A DNA stretch of 32,000 nt from an uncultured Muribaculaceae bacterium (lineage in GTDB: Bacteria > Pseudomonadota > Alphaproteobacteria > Rs-D84), in the NCBI GenBank assembly GCA_965231035.1, contig OZ246409.1, positions 684,532 to 716,531 of the forward strand, read 5' to 3'. Below, in pieces: positions 17,255-25,223 of this stretch (positions are counted from its first letter, which is position 1; every line of letters starts with the position of its first letter). Under the pieces are notes generated by a model. That model saw only the letters and a program-made list of their open reading frames with translations. It made no database searches and had not been told where the DNA came from. The position numbers and the translations under genes are program-made.

Positions 17255-17279
17255 AAAACCGCCATTTGGCGGTTTTTTT
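17253..17279. terminator. Bidirectional terminator (ldh / cvpA)
   Basis: A6-CCGCC-ATTT-GGCGG-T7 (stem 17259-17263 / 17268-17272). Confidence 0.85.
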
Positions 17280-18033
17280 AAATTCCCTTATTACCAATTT
17301 TTTCTTCGGCTTTGGCGGCATTTTCAATTTGCAATAATTGATTTTCCAAAGCTGTTCTTTCGGAACTTTTATATCCTGTTTCTGGGGCTGCTTCGACTGG
17401 TTTTGTTTCTTCAACTTTTTTAACAGTGTCATCAGTTTTTACCTGGACCTTTTCTGATTTAACAGCAGGATTAATAAGATTATCGTAAATTTCTTTGGAT
17501 TCACGAGCACCTGTCATATCACGTTCCAACAATTTTGTTTGTCCTGGAATAAACCATTTATGAACCTTTACAGCTGTTAATTGCATAACTGGTCTGGTTC
17601 GGGCGTTTGAAATAAATTGTGGTAATGTTGGTGTGTCAGAATAATACCAAAGCATAACCCAATAAACTAAACCCATCAGAACAATCCCGCGAATAACACC
17701 GAAAATGATCCCCAGTGTGTGATCGGTAACCTTCATCATGCTTTCTTGGACACGGTCACGCAGTTTTTGATTAAACAGTCCAAACAAAACTAAAATTACA
17801 AACAAAACAATAAAATACGAAGATACCAATGTTCCAACAGTTGATTCAGTTAATTTGAACCATTTTTGAAAAACACCATCCAGCATTGGTGATACAAATC
17901 GTGCAGTAACTGCGGCAACAACCCAGGAAAAAGTTGCAACAGTTTCATAAACACCGCCACGAATTGTCGCCCAAACTGTAGATGCAAAAACCACACCAAT
18001 ATAAACGTAATCAAGAGTAGTCAGTTCAAACAT
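17278..18033 (-). CDS. cvpA: CvpA-family membrane protein (colicin V production protein homologue) with C-terminal extension
   Basis: The N-terminal ~160 aa have four TM segments and DYVYIGVVFASTVWATIRGGVYE, typical of CvpA. A hydrophilic K/E-rich tail follows. Confidence 0.75.
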   Translation of the reverse strand: MFELTTLDYVYIGVVFASTVWATIRGGVYETVATFSWVVAAVTARFVSPMLDGVFQKWFKLTESTVGTLVSSYFIVLFVILVLFGLFNQKLRDRVQESMMKVTDHTLGIIFGVIRGIVLMGLVYWVMLWYYSDTPTLPQFISNARTRPVMQLTAVKVHKWFIPGQTKLLERDMTGARESKEIYDNLINPAVKSEKVQVKTDDTVKKVEETKPVEAAPETGYKSSERTALENQLLQIENAAKAEEKIGNKGI

Positions 18034-18057
18034 TTTATTTATAAAAATAGTTTAAGA

Positions 18058-18615
18058 CTATTTTTTCCTTTTTTTCTTTAATACAACCAAGCCAACAACT
18101 GCCAATATTGCAATTATAACAAAAGTTTTATTTACTGAACCAGCGTCATTTTTTTTTTGATCTGTATCAGAGATTCCAGAAACAACATTAGCACGGTCGG
18201 AATTTTCTTCACGAAACTTTTCTGGATTTTCATTAAAAGTTTTTATATTTGCGGCGGCATTTGTCTTTTCTTGGGCGGATAAGTCAACAGCAACAGCATC
18301 TTGTAATACTTGCTTTTCTTTTGGACCAAATCCCTGGAAGCATTTTTCACCAACCATTATCAATGGAACGCCACCATTATCATATTTGCATTTTTCCAAA
18401 GCAGCCTTGAACGCAGGAAGATTTTTTTCATCCATAACATTTATTGGGTTAATTTTTAATGTCTTATATTCATAAACTAATTCATTTGTAAAAAATTGCA
18501 ATGCATGATGACAATGCGGGCAAGTCGGCGAATAATAAATTGTAATATCCGCAGCATTTACAGAACCAATAACAAATAAAGACAAAACAAACGATAACAA
18601 AAATAATTTTTTCAT
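18058..18615 (-). CDS. Exported thioredoxin/glutaredoxin-fold protein (CPHC active site) with C-terminal membrane anchor
   Basis: Signal peptide MKKLFLLSFVLSLFVIGSVNA-AD, redox motif YSPTCPHCHH, and a C-terminal TM plus basic tail FVIIAILAVVGLVVLKKKRKK. Confidence 0.7.
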   Translation of the reverse strand: MKKLFLLSFVLSLFVIGSVNAADITIYYSPTCPHCHHALQFFTNELVYEYKTLKINPINVMDEKNLPAFKAALEKCKYDNGGVPLIMVGEKCFQGFGPKEKQVLQDAVAVDLSAQEKTNAAANIKTFNENPEKFREENSDRANVVSGISDTDQKKNDAGSVNKTFVIIAILAVVGLVVLKKKRKK

Positions 18616-18694
18616 TAAATATTTCTCCTTTGACCAGGGGATTATAGGAAAATCAGCAGTATTTGGGCAAGATATTTTTTTAATTATTTTGGGT

Positions 18695-18722
18695 TTGCGG
18701 GTTAGTATTTTTGTGCTAAGAT
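18695..18722 (+). promoter_or_regulatory. Putative sigma70-type promoter of sodB (extended -10)
   Basis: TTGCGG (18695-18700), 16-nt spacer, TGc-TAAGAT (18714-18722). It shares the GTGCTAA -10 context with the mraZ promoter. Confidence 0.35.
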
Positions 18723-18750
18723 TTCCAAGGAAATAAATAAGGAGAATAAA

Positions 18751-19332
18751 ATGTTTTCATTAGAACAATATCCCCTGAAGTTCAAAACAAATGGTTTGGA
18801 ACCGTATATGTCAGAATCCACAGTTAACTTTCATTATGGCAAGCATTTGGATACATATATCAAAAATCTGAATGGCCTGATTACTGGAACCAAATACGAA
18901 AAAATGACTCTTCGTGAAATCGTTTCTGAATCTGCAAAAGATGAAAATGCCAAAAAAATATTTAATAACGCCGGTCAAGTTTTTAACCACGACTTTTTCT
19001 TTGGTGGAATGGCCAAGGATTCCAAAGCGGAATGTCCAAAAAGAATTGTAGACGAGTTTGGGTCGCGTGAAAAATTTATAGAAGAATTCAAAGCCGCAGC
19101 GATGGTTGTGTTCGGCAGCGGATGGGCATGGTTGGTTATTGATAACGAAAAACTGAAAATAATAACAACAGCAAATGCAGATAATCCGATTGCTCATGGT
19201 TTGAAGCCTGTTTTGGCATTGGACGTTTGGGAGCATTCATATTATTTAGATTATCAAAACAAGCGCGGTGATTTTGTTGATGCCTTTTTAAATCACTTGG
19301 TTGATTGGGATTTTGTTGCCAATAATATATAA
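18751..19332 (+). CDS. sodB: Fe/Mn superoxide dismutase
   Basis: FHYGKHLDTYIKNLN, GSGWAWL and DVWEHSYYLDYQNKR are the canonical Fe/Mn-SOD metal-ligand blocks. AAGGAG RBS. Confidence 0.9.
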   Translation: MFSLEQYPLKFKTNGLEPYMSESTVNFHYGKHLDTYIKNLNGLITGTKYEKMTLREIVSESAKDENAKKIFNNAGQVFNHDFFFGGMAKDSKAECPKRIVDEFGSREKFIEEFKAAAMVVFGSGWAWLVIDNEKLKIITTANADNPIAHGLKPVLALDVWEHSYYLDYQNKRGDFVDAFLNHLVDWDFVANNI

Positions 19333-19336
19333 AAAT

Positions 19337-19361
19337 AAAACCGCCAAAATGGCGGTTTTTT
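19337..19361. terminator. Bidirectional terminator (sodB / GNAT gene)
   Basis: AAAA-CCGCC-AAAAT-GGCGG-TTTTTT (stem 19341-19345 / 19351-19355). Confidence 0.85.
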
Positions 19362-19650
19362 ATAATTCAATCACATCAGAATATTCGGGATTACGCATAA
19401 GTGTTATTTTTGCAAAACGACAAGTTGGAATAATCTTTTTATTTTCTTGTCGCGCCAATGCTGCAACACACTTTACTAATTCTGCACCTATATTTTTGCC
19501 CTGCATATTTGGATCAACTTCTGTGTAATCTAATATAATTGTTTTATCGTCATGCCTGATAAAAGTTGCATATCCGACTTTTTTTCCATTTAGCCATGCA
19601 GAAAAAGAGCTGTAATTATCGTCCAAAATATATTTTATTTCATCTGACAT
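19360..19650 (-). CDS. Small GNAT-like N-acetyltransferase (YjdJ-type, ~96 aa)
   Basis: The size and the motif MQGKNIGAELVKCVAALARQENKKIIPTCRFAK match the short single-domain GNAT family with a C-terminal conserved Cys. Confidence 0.6.
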   Translation of the reverse strand: MSDEIKYILDDNYSSFSAWLNGKKVGYATFIRHDDKTIILDYTEVDPNMQGKNIGAELVKCVAALARQENKKIIPTCRFAKITLMRNPEYSDVIEL

Positions 19651-19664
19651 TGTGAGTCCTTTTT

Positions 19665-20147
19665 TTAATAAGTCGTGCAGGTTGTAATGTCACCTGATGT
19701 TATACAATTTGTAATAAATTTAGGACTAGGACCATTTTTTAAATCGGTATTAAATTTAACAATTTCTTGTTTGTTTATTATATTTAAATATAAAGGATCT
19801 CCTTCAGAACCATCTAATGGTCTTATCATATTTGGGGGAATTATTTCTAATTCATTTGGCAGTATAGTTCCACCAATATAATGTTTACTGTCTTTTATAT
19901 CTTTATCTCTTAATAAAGCCAATGAGCCTTTAGTTTCTATAATTTTATTATCGATTTTTATTCTTTGTAGTCCTTTTACACCATAGCCTTTTGGAATATT
20001 ATCTATATTTTTTCTTGTGTTTAAAGAGAATTGTAAAATGGGCTCTTTACCGTATAATTTTGTTGAATTTTCAGATTTAGTTAAATTAGTAGTTTTACAA
20101 CCAAACAAAATTGTTAGACCAGTAAAAATGAGTATAAATTTTTTCAT
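19665..20147 (-). CDS. Lipoprotein (hypothetical, ORFan-like)
   Basis: Lipobox signal MKKFILIFTGLTILFG-C. Very AT-rich, K/I/N-rich composition. No family recognised. Confidence 0.6.
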   Translation of the reverse strand: MKKFILIFTGLTILFGCKTTNLTKSENSTKLYGKEPILQFSLNTRKNIDNIPKGYGVKGLQRIKIDNKIIETKGSLALLRDKDIKDSKHYIGGTILPNELEIIPPNMIRPLDGSEGDPLYLNIINKQEIVKFNTDLKNGPSPKFITNCITSGDITTCTTY

Positions 20148-20158
20148 AAATTATCCTT

Positions 20159-20524
20159 TTATTTATTTTTAGGGACGATTAAGGCTATGATTAAAAAGCA
20201 AAACCATATTAACGATATAAACATTTTTGTGGATGGTATAAGTACATAGATTAAAGATGTAATACTTATTATAAAAAGTGAAATTACTTTTCCGGTTTTT
20301 TGAATATTTGTTTTTTTCCAAAAAATATATAGAGATATCAAGAATATAATAAAGCAACCAATAAAGTTTCCAACTCTGATTCCTATATAAGCTGGATTTG
20401 CATAAGATGGGGAAAAGGCTATAACAATAAATATAGGTATAAATAAATATAGTGATAATAAACTGTATTTTTTGATTAAACGAAGCATTTTGTTTGTATT
20501 TAGTTTTTTCATGATTTTCTCCAT
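20159..20524 (-). CDS. Small integral membrane protein (about 4 TM, hypothetical)
   Basis: 121-aa ORF with four clear hydrophobic segments. Preferred over the overlapping alternative-frame ORF 20169..20546, which translates to low-complexity Y/I/N-rich sequence. Confidence 0.5.
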   Translation of the reverse strand: MEKIMKKLNTNKMLRLIKKYSLLSLYLFIPIFIVIAFSPSYANPAYIGIRVGNFIGCFIIFLISLYIFWKKTNIQKTGKVISLFIISITSLIYVLIPSTKMFISLIWFCFLIIALIVPKNK

Positions 20525-20589
20525 TATATAAAATAAAAATCGTCATAAACTAGTCTTTTAATTATACCACATAAGTTTTCAAATTTATG

Positions 20590-20620
20590 AAAATAAAAAT
20601 CGCAGGGGATAACCTGCGAT
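20590..20620 (-). terminator. Rho-independent terminator after tRNA-Thr
   Basis: Stem ATCGCAGG (20599-20606) / CCTGCGAT (20613-20620). On the minus strand it is followed by TTTTATTTT. Confidence 0.8.
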
Positions 20621-20625
20621 TAAAC

Positions 20626-20701
20626 TGGTGCCGGTTGAGGGACTTGAACCCCCGACCCTCTGATTACAAATCAGATGCTCTACCAGCTGAGCTAAACCGG
20701 C
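20626..20701 (-). tRNA. tRNA-Thr (anticodon UGU)
   Basis: The reverse complement is a 76-nt cloverleaf. Acceptor GCCGGTT/AACCGGC, D arm GCTC-AGCTGGTA-GAGC, anticodon stem TCTGA/TCAGA with loop TTTGTAA, T arm GGGGG-TTCAAGT-CCCTC, encoded CCA. Confidence 0.9.
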
Positions 20702-20796
20702 GCGAACCAAACTATAACCTGTTGAAATAAAAATTTCAAGTTCAAAATATGCTTTTTTTATAAAATCCTTGCATTTTTTTCATAACAGTTAAAAAT

Positions 20797-22047
20797 ATGG
20801 GCATGAATAAAAAACCTGAACTTTTGGCACCGGCCGGTACGTTGGACGGATTGAAAACCGCAATTCTTTATGGTGCAGACGCAGTTTATGCTGGAATTCC
20901 TGGATTTTCAATGCGCGCGCGTGCAAAAATTACCGTTCCAGAAATGGCTGAGGGTATTAAATTTGCTCATGAACATGGTAAAAAGGTTTATTTGGCATTC
21001 AATCTGTTTGCCCATGATCGTGACTATGAAATGTTACCACGCGTATCAGAAGTTATTGATGAATTAAAGCCTGATGCACTGATTGTTGCAGACCCAGGCG
21101 TTTTAATGTGGGTTCGCGAACATCATCCAAAAATGCCCATTCATATTTCAACCCAGGCAAATATCTGTTCGGCTGATACTGTTAAATTTTGGCAGAAAGC
21201 TGGCGCCTCGCTTTGTGTTTTGGCGCGTGAAGTTACACACAAAGAATTTAAAAATATTCGTGAAAAATGTCCAGATATTGGATTGGAAATTTTTATCCAT
21301 GGTGCAATGTGTATGAGTTATTCTGGGCGTTGCTTGCTGTCTAACTTTGTAACTGGACGTCCTGCAAATCGTGGTGCGTGCGCGCAACTGTGTCGTTGGA
21401 AATATGATGTGTTTTTGCGTGAAAAAGAAAGTGGTCTGGAAATGCCAATTGAGGAAGACGAACGTGGTGCATATATTTTGAATTCCAAAGATTTGTGTTT
21501 GATGCCGCGGTTAAAAGAAATTTTGGAAAGCAGAGTAGATTCATTAAAGATCGAAGGTCGCAATCGCAGTGAATACTATGTTGGTTCGGTGGTGCGTGCA
21601 TACCGTAATGCAATTGATTCATACTTTGTTAATCCAGAAAAGTTTGACCCAGAAGTTTTTATGGCAGATTTAAATGTCTTGGAAACACGTGGTTACACGG
21701 ATGCTTTCTTTGATGGCAAATTGGAATCGAATGCACATAATTATGAAACGACACGTTCTGTTTCTGAATACCAGGCAGCGGGCGTGATAAAAAATATTGC
21801 GGATGATTATTTTGTTTTTGAACTACGAAATGAAATCAAGCAGGGTGATGAAATTAACTTTATCCTGCCAAACATATCTGAAAAAGTTATTGTTGTTTTG
21901 AATAAAATAATAAATGATAAAAATGGTGAAGAATTGTCAAAAATGTCAGCGGGGCAGAGCAACAGCCTGCGTATACCAAAATCATCGATTGATAAAAAAT
22001 ACCTGAAATTATTTCAGCCATTAGTCTTGGCGTATAAGAAGAAATAA
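20797..22047 (+). CDS. Peptidase U32 family protein (YegQ/PrtC/TrhP-like)
   Basis: PELLAPAGTLDGLKTAILYGADAVY at the N-terminus, plus the U32 signature EIFIHGAMCMSYSGRCLLS. Confidence 0.85.
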   Translation: MGMNKKPELLAPAGTLDGLKTAILYGADAVYAGIPGFSMRARAKITVPEMAEGIKFAHEHGKKVYLAFNLFAHDRDYEMLPRVSEVIDELKPDALIVADPGVLMWVREHHPKMPIHISTQANICSADTVKFWQKAGASLCVLAREVTHKEFKNIREKCPDIGLEIFIHGAMCMSYSGRCLLSNFVTGRPANRGACAQLCRWKYDVFLREKESGLEMPIEEDERGAYILNSKDLCLMPRLKEILESRVDSLKIEGRNRSEYYVGSVVRAYRNAIDSYFVNPEKFDPEVFMADLNVLETRGYTDAFFDGKLESNAHNYETTRSVSEYQAAGVIKNIADDYFVFELRNEIKQGDEINFILPNISEKVIVVLNKIINDKNGEELSKMSAGQSNSLRIPKSSIDKKYLKLFQPLVLAYKKK

Positions 22048-22069
22048 AAAAGGGGAGATTACCTTTTTT
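22046..22069. terminator. Weak A/T-rich hairpin between convergent U32 gene and small ORF (possible terminator)
   Basis: AAAAAAGG (22046-22053) / CCTTTTTT (22062-22069). The stem is mostly A-T, so support is weak. Confidence 0.3.
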
Positions 22070-22284
22070 TATCGTCCATTATCATTAAAACTACAACTGT
22101 TCTTTTTATTGCTCAAAGTTTTATGTGGGAGTCTTTTTTTTCTTACAATTTTTAGTATTTTCTCACGTTTGTTTGAATCTGCCATATCGCCTGGTTTTAT
22201 TTCACCACTTACATTCATATTAAATATATTTATAGAGTCTTCAAAGAAATGTTTTTTATCCAAAGATTCTTTTGAATTTGGCAT
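22069..22284 (-). CDS. Small basic hypothetical protein (71 aa) coupled to the upstream 549-aa gene
   Basis: ATG at 22284 is preceded by AAGGTG 6 nt upstream and lies 12 nt after the stop of the 549-aa gene. No family recognised. The ORF track's GTG at 22293 is an alternative start. Confidence 0.4.
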   Translation of the reverse strand: MPNSKESLDKKHFFEDSINIFNMNVSGEIKPGDMADSNKREKILKIVRKKRLPHKTLSNKKNSCSFNDNGR

Positions 22285-22296
22285 TGTTAACACCTT

Positions 22297-23946
22297 TTAT
22301 TGCATGTTTGGAATGACTGTCAAATCGTTATACTGGGACAAGAAACGTGTTCCTGTTGCACAATAAACTTTTTGTAATGAATCTTTGTATTCCTGGACAG
22401 CAGATATCCAGCGCGCATCAATTTCGTCCTGGGCACCTTGGTATGCGGTAAACGCACCCAAACTGGCACCGGCACCGGCACCAACTAAGGTTCCTTTCAT
22501 GCGTGCCTTGTTATTCACATCTATCAAAGCACCATCATCCGCATCAACAGTTAATGGATAAAAACTGTCAATAGTAAAGGCCTGTTTTGCGTCGCCAAGA
22601 TCATAAGATTCTCCATTTGCATTGCGTCCCAACAAATTATCTATTTTTATATTGGAACGAGCTTTGTACCAATCTTTCATTTTTAACCCAAAGACTTTAT
22701 CTTTTAAATCTGTTCCATTTATATCAATCATCGCAGGAGTTGCTTTGCCAGGATACGCAGCAGATTTTATTTGTACCCAATCACCACTATCGCTTTCTGA
22801 AACACTGTTATTTTTTTCATCATAAGAAAATTTTTTAACTTCTTTTCTTGTGAAAAAGTTTGGTTCGCTGATTGCGTCCTCCAAATATTTATCTTTGTTG
22901 TCAGCACCATCAAACCTTACATTTATCAAACGTGTGGCTTTTGTATATTTGCCATTTTCTTTTACAATAAAATCTTTTTTGTTTGTAATATTAAAATATG
23001 CATCGGGAACTGTTTTTTTGGAATCGGCTTCTTCTATAACGCCCCACAGGCATTTTGATTTTGTTTTTCCATCTGGGTATGTGCAATCTTCAATACGCAG
23101 AACAGAATCCCCGTTTGCAACCATATTTCCAATAACACCCCCAGCTGCGGCATTTACACCAGCTGATAAAATTACATCACCGCCGACTTTGCCAGAATAA
23201 CTGTTACCGGCCATCAAAGCTGCACCAGATAAAGCACCAATAGCTGTGCCTTGCATTTTATCTTTGCCACCACCCAAAATTCCAGTTTGACCAACTTCGT
23301 TTTTACCAACTGCGTTTCCGGCCAATCCACCAACCAATGCACCAGCTGCAATTTTCAAAGCTGCATTTTTCTTTTGTTCATTATTCATTGCCTTGACTAC
23401 GTCATCAACTGTTGGCTCGCGATCCGCAGGGAATACAACACTTCCGGCATCGGATGTATAAGAAGATTGTGGGAATTTGCTGATGTTACATTCAATTGAA
23501 TCACCAGCTGCAATATTTGCACGTGCAACAACAATATCGTCTGAACCTTTGACTACACGCATTTCAACAACCGCAATGCAAGTAGAAGAACTGCCTGCTT
23601 TTAAACCAGCTGTTGGGGTGTCCCATGCAAAGCTGCCACTGCTGGGGTAAATATTTGCACAAGATTCCAAATTGGAAACACTGACACCCGCAGTCGTATC
23701 GCCACGTGCAATCTTGTCTGCCAAAGTTTTATTAGCAACACGAACAGGTAAATTTGCCAAAGTTGTTGAAACTTCAGATTCTTGTTTAACGGCTGCAACT
23801 TGGTTATAATCATTTGCATAACTACGAGAATAATTACCAACACGGATTTCTGCATTGGCATTGCCAATGCAAATTAAAAAATAACAAGTAACAAATAACA
23901 ATTGTTTTGAAATTTTATTGTTAAAATTTTTTTTATTAATAATCAT
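22297..23946 (-). CDS. Secreted protein with central glycine-zipper region (hypothetical surface/envelope protein)
   Basis: Signal peptide ...CYFLICIGNANA-EI. It has a ~90-aa G/A-rich block (AAGALVGGLAGNAVG...AAAGGVIGNMVANG) resembling glycine-zipper motifs and a second GTLVGAGAGASLGAF near the C-terminus. Confidence 0.7.
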   Translation of the reverse strand: MIINKKNFNNKISKQLLFVTCYFLICIGNANAEIRVGNYSRSYANDYNQVAAVKQESEVSTTLANLPVRVANKTLADKIARGDTTAGVSVSNLESCANIYPSSGSFAWDTPTAGLKAGSSSTCIAVVEMRVVKGSDDIVVARANIAAGDSIECNISKFPQSSYTSDAGSVVFPADREPTVDDVVKAMNNEQKKNAALKIAAGALVGGLAGNAVGKNEVGQTGILGGGKDKMQGTAIGALSGAALMAGNSYSGKVGGDVILSAGVNAAAGGVIGNMVANGDSVLRIEDCTYPDGKTKSKCLWGVIEEADSKKTVPDAYFNITNKKDFIVKENGKYTKATRLINVRFDGADNKDKYLEDAISEPNFFTRKEVKKFSYDEKNNSVSESDSGDWVQIKSAAYPGKATPAMIDINGTDLKDKVFGLKMKDWYKARSNIKIDNLLGRNANGESYDLGDAKQAFTIDSFYPLTVDADDGALIDVNNKARMKGTLVGAGAGASLGAFTAYQGAQDEIDARWISAVQEYKDSLQKVYCATGTRFLSQYNDLTVIPNMQ

Positions 23947-23967
23947 TTGTCATATATTAATTGTTAA

Positions 23968-25092
23968 TTAAAATTGCAGTCTTAATCTGGCGCCAAGATC
24001 TACTGTGCCCAGATTTCCGCTTTCTTGCCAATTTGTATAATGGAAAACACTGTCGTATGTTGCCTTGGTTTCGCCGCCAGCACCATCACCCAACCATTCT
24101 GTTTGAGAAACTATTATGCTGCCAGAAGAACGAACTTTTCCCATACCGCTGTATCTTACGAAAAAGTCTAATTTCATTCCGCCGTCCAGTTCTGTGGTTA
24201 CACCGCCTTCTAGCATATAAGCCAAGTTTTCAGATGTACCACCATTGTGATATGCATAAATATCTGAAATACCAGTTAATTCACCAGCACTGGCCGAAGC
24301 AGGATCTTTTTCAGAATAGAAAGTGCTGTCCAAAACAACATAATCAGCAATTGTGTTCAAAGCAATACCAGCACCAATACCAATGTACGGACGCATAGCA
24401 CCACCCGCCAAATATCCAGTATAAGAATCAATATTATAATACAAGTTTAACATGGTTGCGTTTGATGTGATTGCACCACCTGTAACCTGAGTTTTAACAA
24501 AACCACCAGCACCATTAGATGACATAACTGAACTTGGATATTTTATACCGCCGTAACGCTGATACGAAAAGTCAACACGAACATCGTTGTTAATTGCTGC
24601 ACCAACCGACAGTTGTAATGGCATAACTGTGTTTGCACTGAAAATACCTTCCTTGAAGGCACCTGGTACAAAGTAAGAATTCTTTTCACCTTTGTAATCT
24701 GCTGACATTCCACCAGTTACAGATGCAGAATATCCAATTCCTAAACCAACATATAATCCACTGTCAGCCAATCTGTCATAATCGGCAGGTTGATAATACT
24801 GGCGACCTGCATTGCTGGCATTGGATCCGACCCTGGGTAAAGTTCCAGTTATTCTGGTTGGATTTGCAGCAGCAACAGAATTAGTCTGAACACCAGAATT
24901 CTGCTGTTTATAAATAACTTGCTGGGGTTGTTGATACACAACCTGTTGAGGCTGTTGATATGCAACCGTTGTTGGTTGAACGTACTGAGTGCTGGGTTGG
25001 TAACCCGAATAAACAGGATAAGCACCATGTGCAACCAAAGGTATTGCAAAAACACTAGTCGCCAAAGCAGCGGAAAAAACAGATTTTTTCAT
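23968..25092 (-). CDS. Outer-membrane beta-barrel protein (Omp25/Omp31/OMP_b-brl-like) with Q/P/Y-rich repeat extension
   Basis: Signal peptide MKKSVFSAALATSVFAIPLVAHG-A, then a YQQPQQV repeat. Barrel-type blocks GLYVGLGIGYSA and RPYIGIGAGIA, C-terminal ...RLRLQF. ATG at 25092 is preferred over 25104. Confidence 0.7.
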   Translation of the reverse strand: MKKSVFSAALATSVFAIPLVAHGAYPVYSGYQPSTQYVQPTTVAYQQPQQVVYQQPQQVIYKQQNSGVQTNSVAAANPTRITGTLPRVGSNASNAGRQYYQPADYDRLADSGLYVGLGIGYSASVTGGMSADYKGEKNSYFVPGAFKEGIFSANTVMPLQLSVGAAINNDVRVDFSYQRYGGIKYPSSVMSSNGAGGFVKTQVTGGAITSNATMLNLYYNIDSYTGYLAGGAMRPYIGIGAGIALNTIADYVVLDSTFYSEKDPASASAGELTGISDIYAYHNGGTSENLAYMLEGGVTTELDGGMKLDFFVRYSGMGKVRSSGSIIVSQTEWLGDGAGGETKATYDSVFHYTNWQESGNLGTVDLGARLRLQF

Positions 25093-25158
25093 TAAGGGTC
25101 CCATCTTTATTTACAGATATTATATCACAAAAACAGGCATGAAAAAAGTGTAATAATT

Positions 25159-25193
25159 AAAAAACAGACCCATGTTTCCAAGGGTCTGTTTTT
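25159..25193 (-). terminator. Rho-independent terminator after the 25224..26327 OMP gene (hairpin is symmetric, could act both ways)
   Basis: ACAGACCC (25164-25171) / GGGTCTGT (25182-25189) with flanking A5 and T5 runs. Confidence 0.8.
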
Positions 25194-25223
25194 AGTGTCC
25201 AATATATATTTTATAGTTTTTTA

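Noticed and set aside
7256-19361. Near-identical A-run-CCGCC-N4/5-GGCGG-T-run elements at 7256-7282, 17253-17279 and 19337-19361 (related: 31218-31237), considered as a REP/MITE-like dispersed repeat.
   Set aside because: Each sits exactly between convergent genes and has the architecture of a bidirectional intrinsic terminator. The similarity is limited to the 5-bp GC stem and the flanking A/T runs.
20169-20546. 125-aa alternative-frame ORF overlapping the 20159..20524 membrane-protein ORF.
   Set aside because: It translates to Y/I/N/K-rich low-complexity sequence with no TM or domain pattern. The other frame gives four clean hydrophobic helices.
20530-20602. 13-nt direct repeat AAAATAAAAATCG at 20530-20542 and 20590-20602, considered as possible att-like island ends.
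   Set aside because: Both copies lie at the same (tRNA-proximal) end of the islet, only 60 bp apart. The sequence is low-complexity A/T, and one copy is simply the U-tract of the tRNA-Thr terminator.
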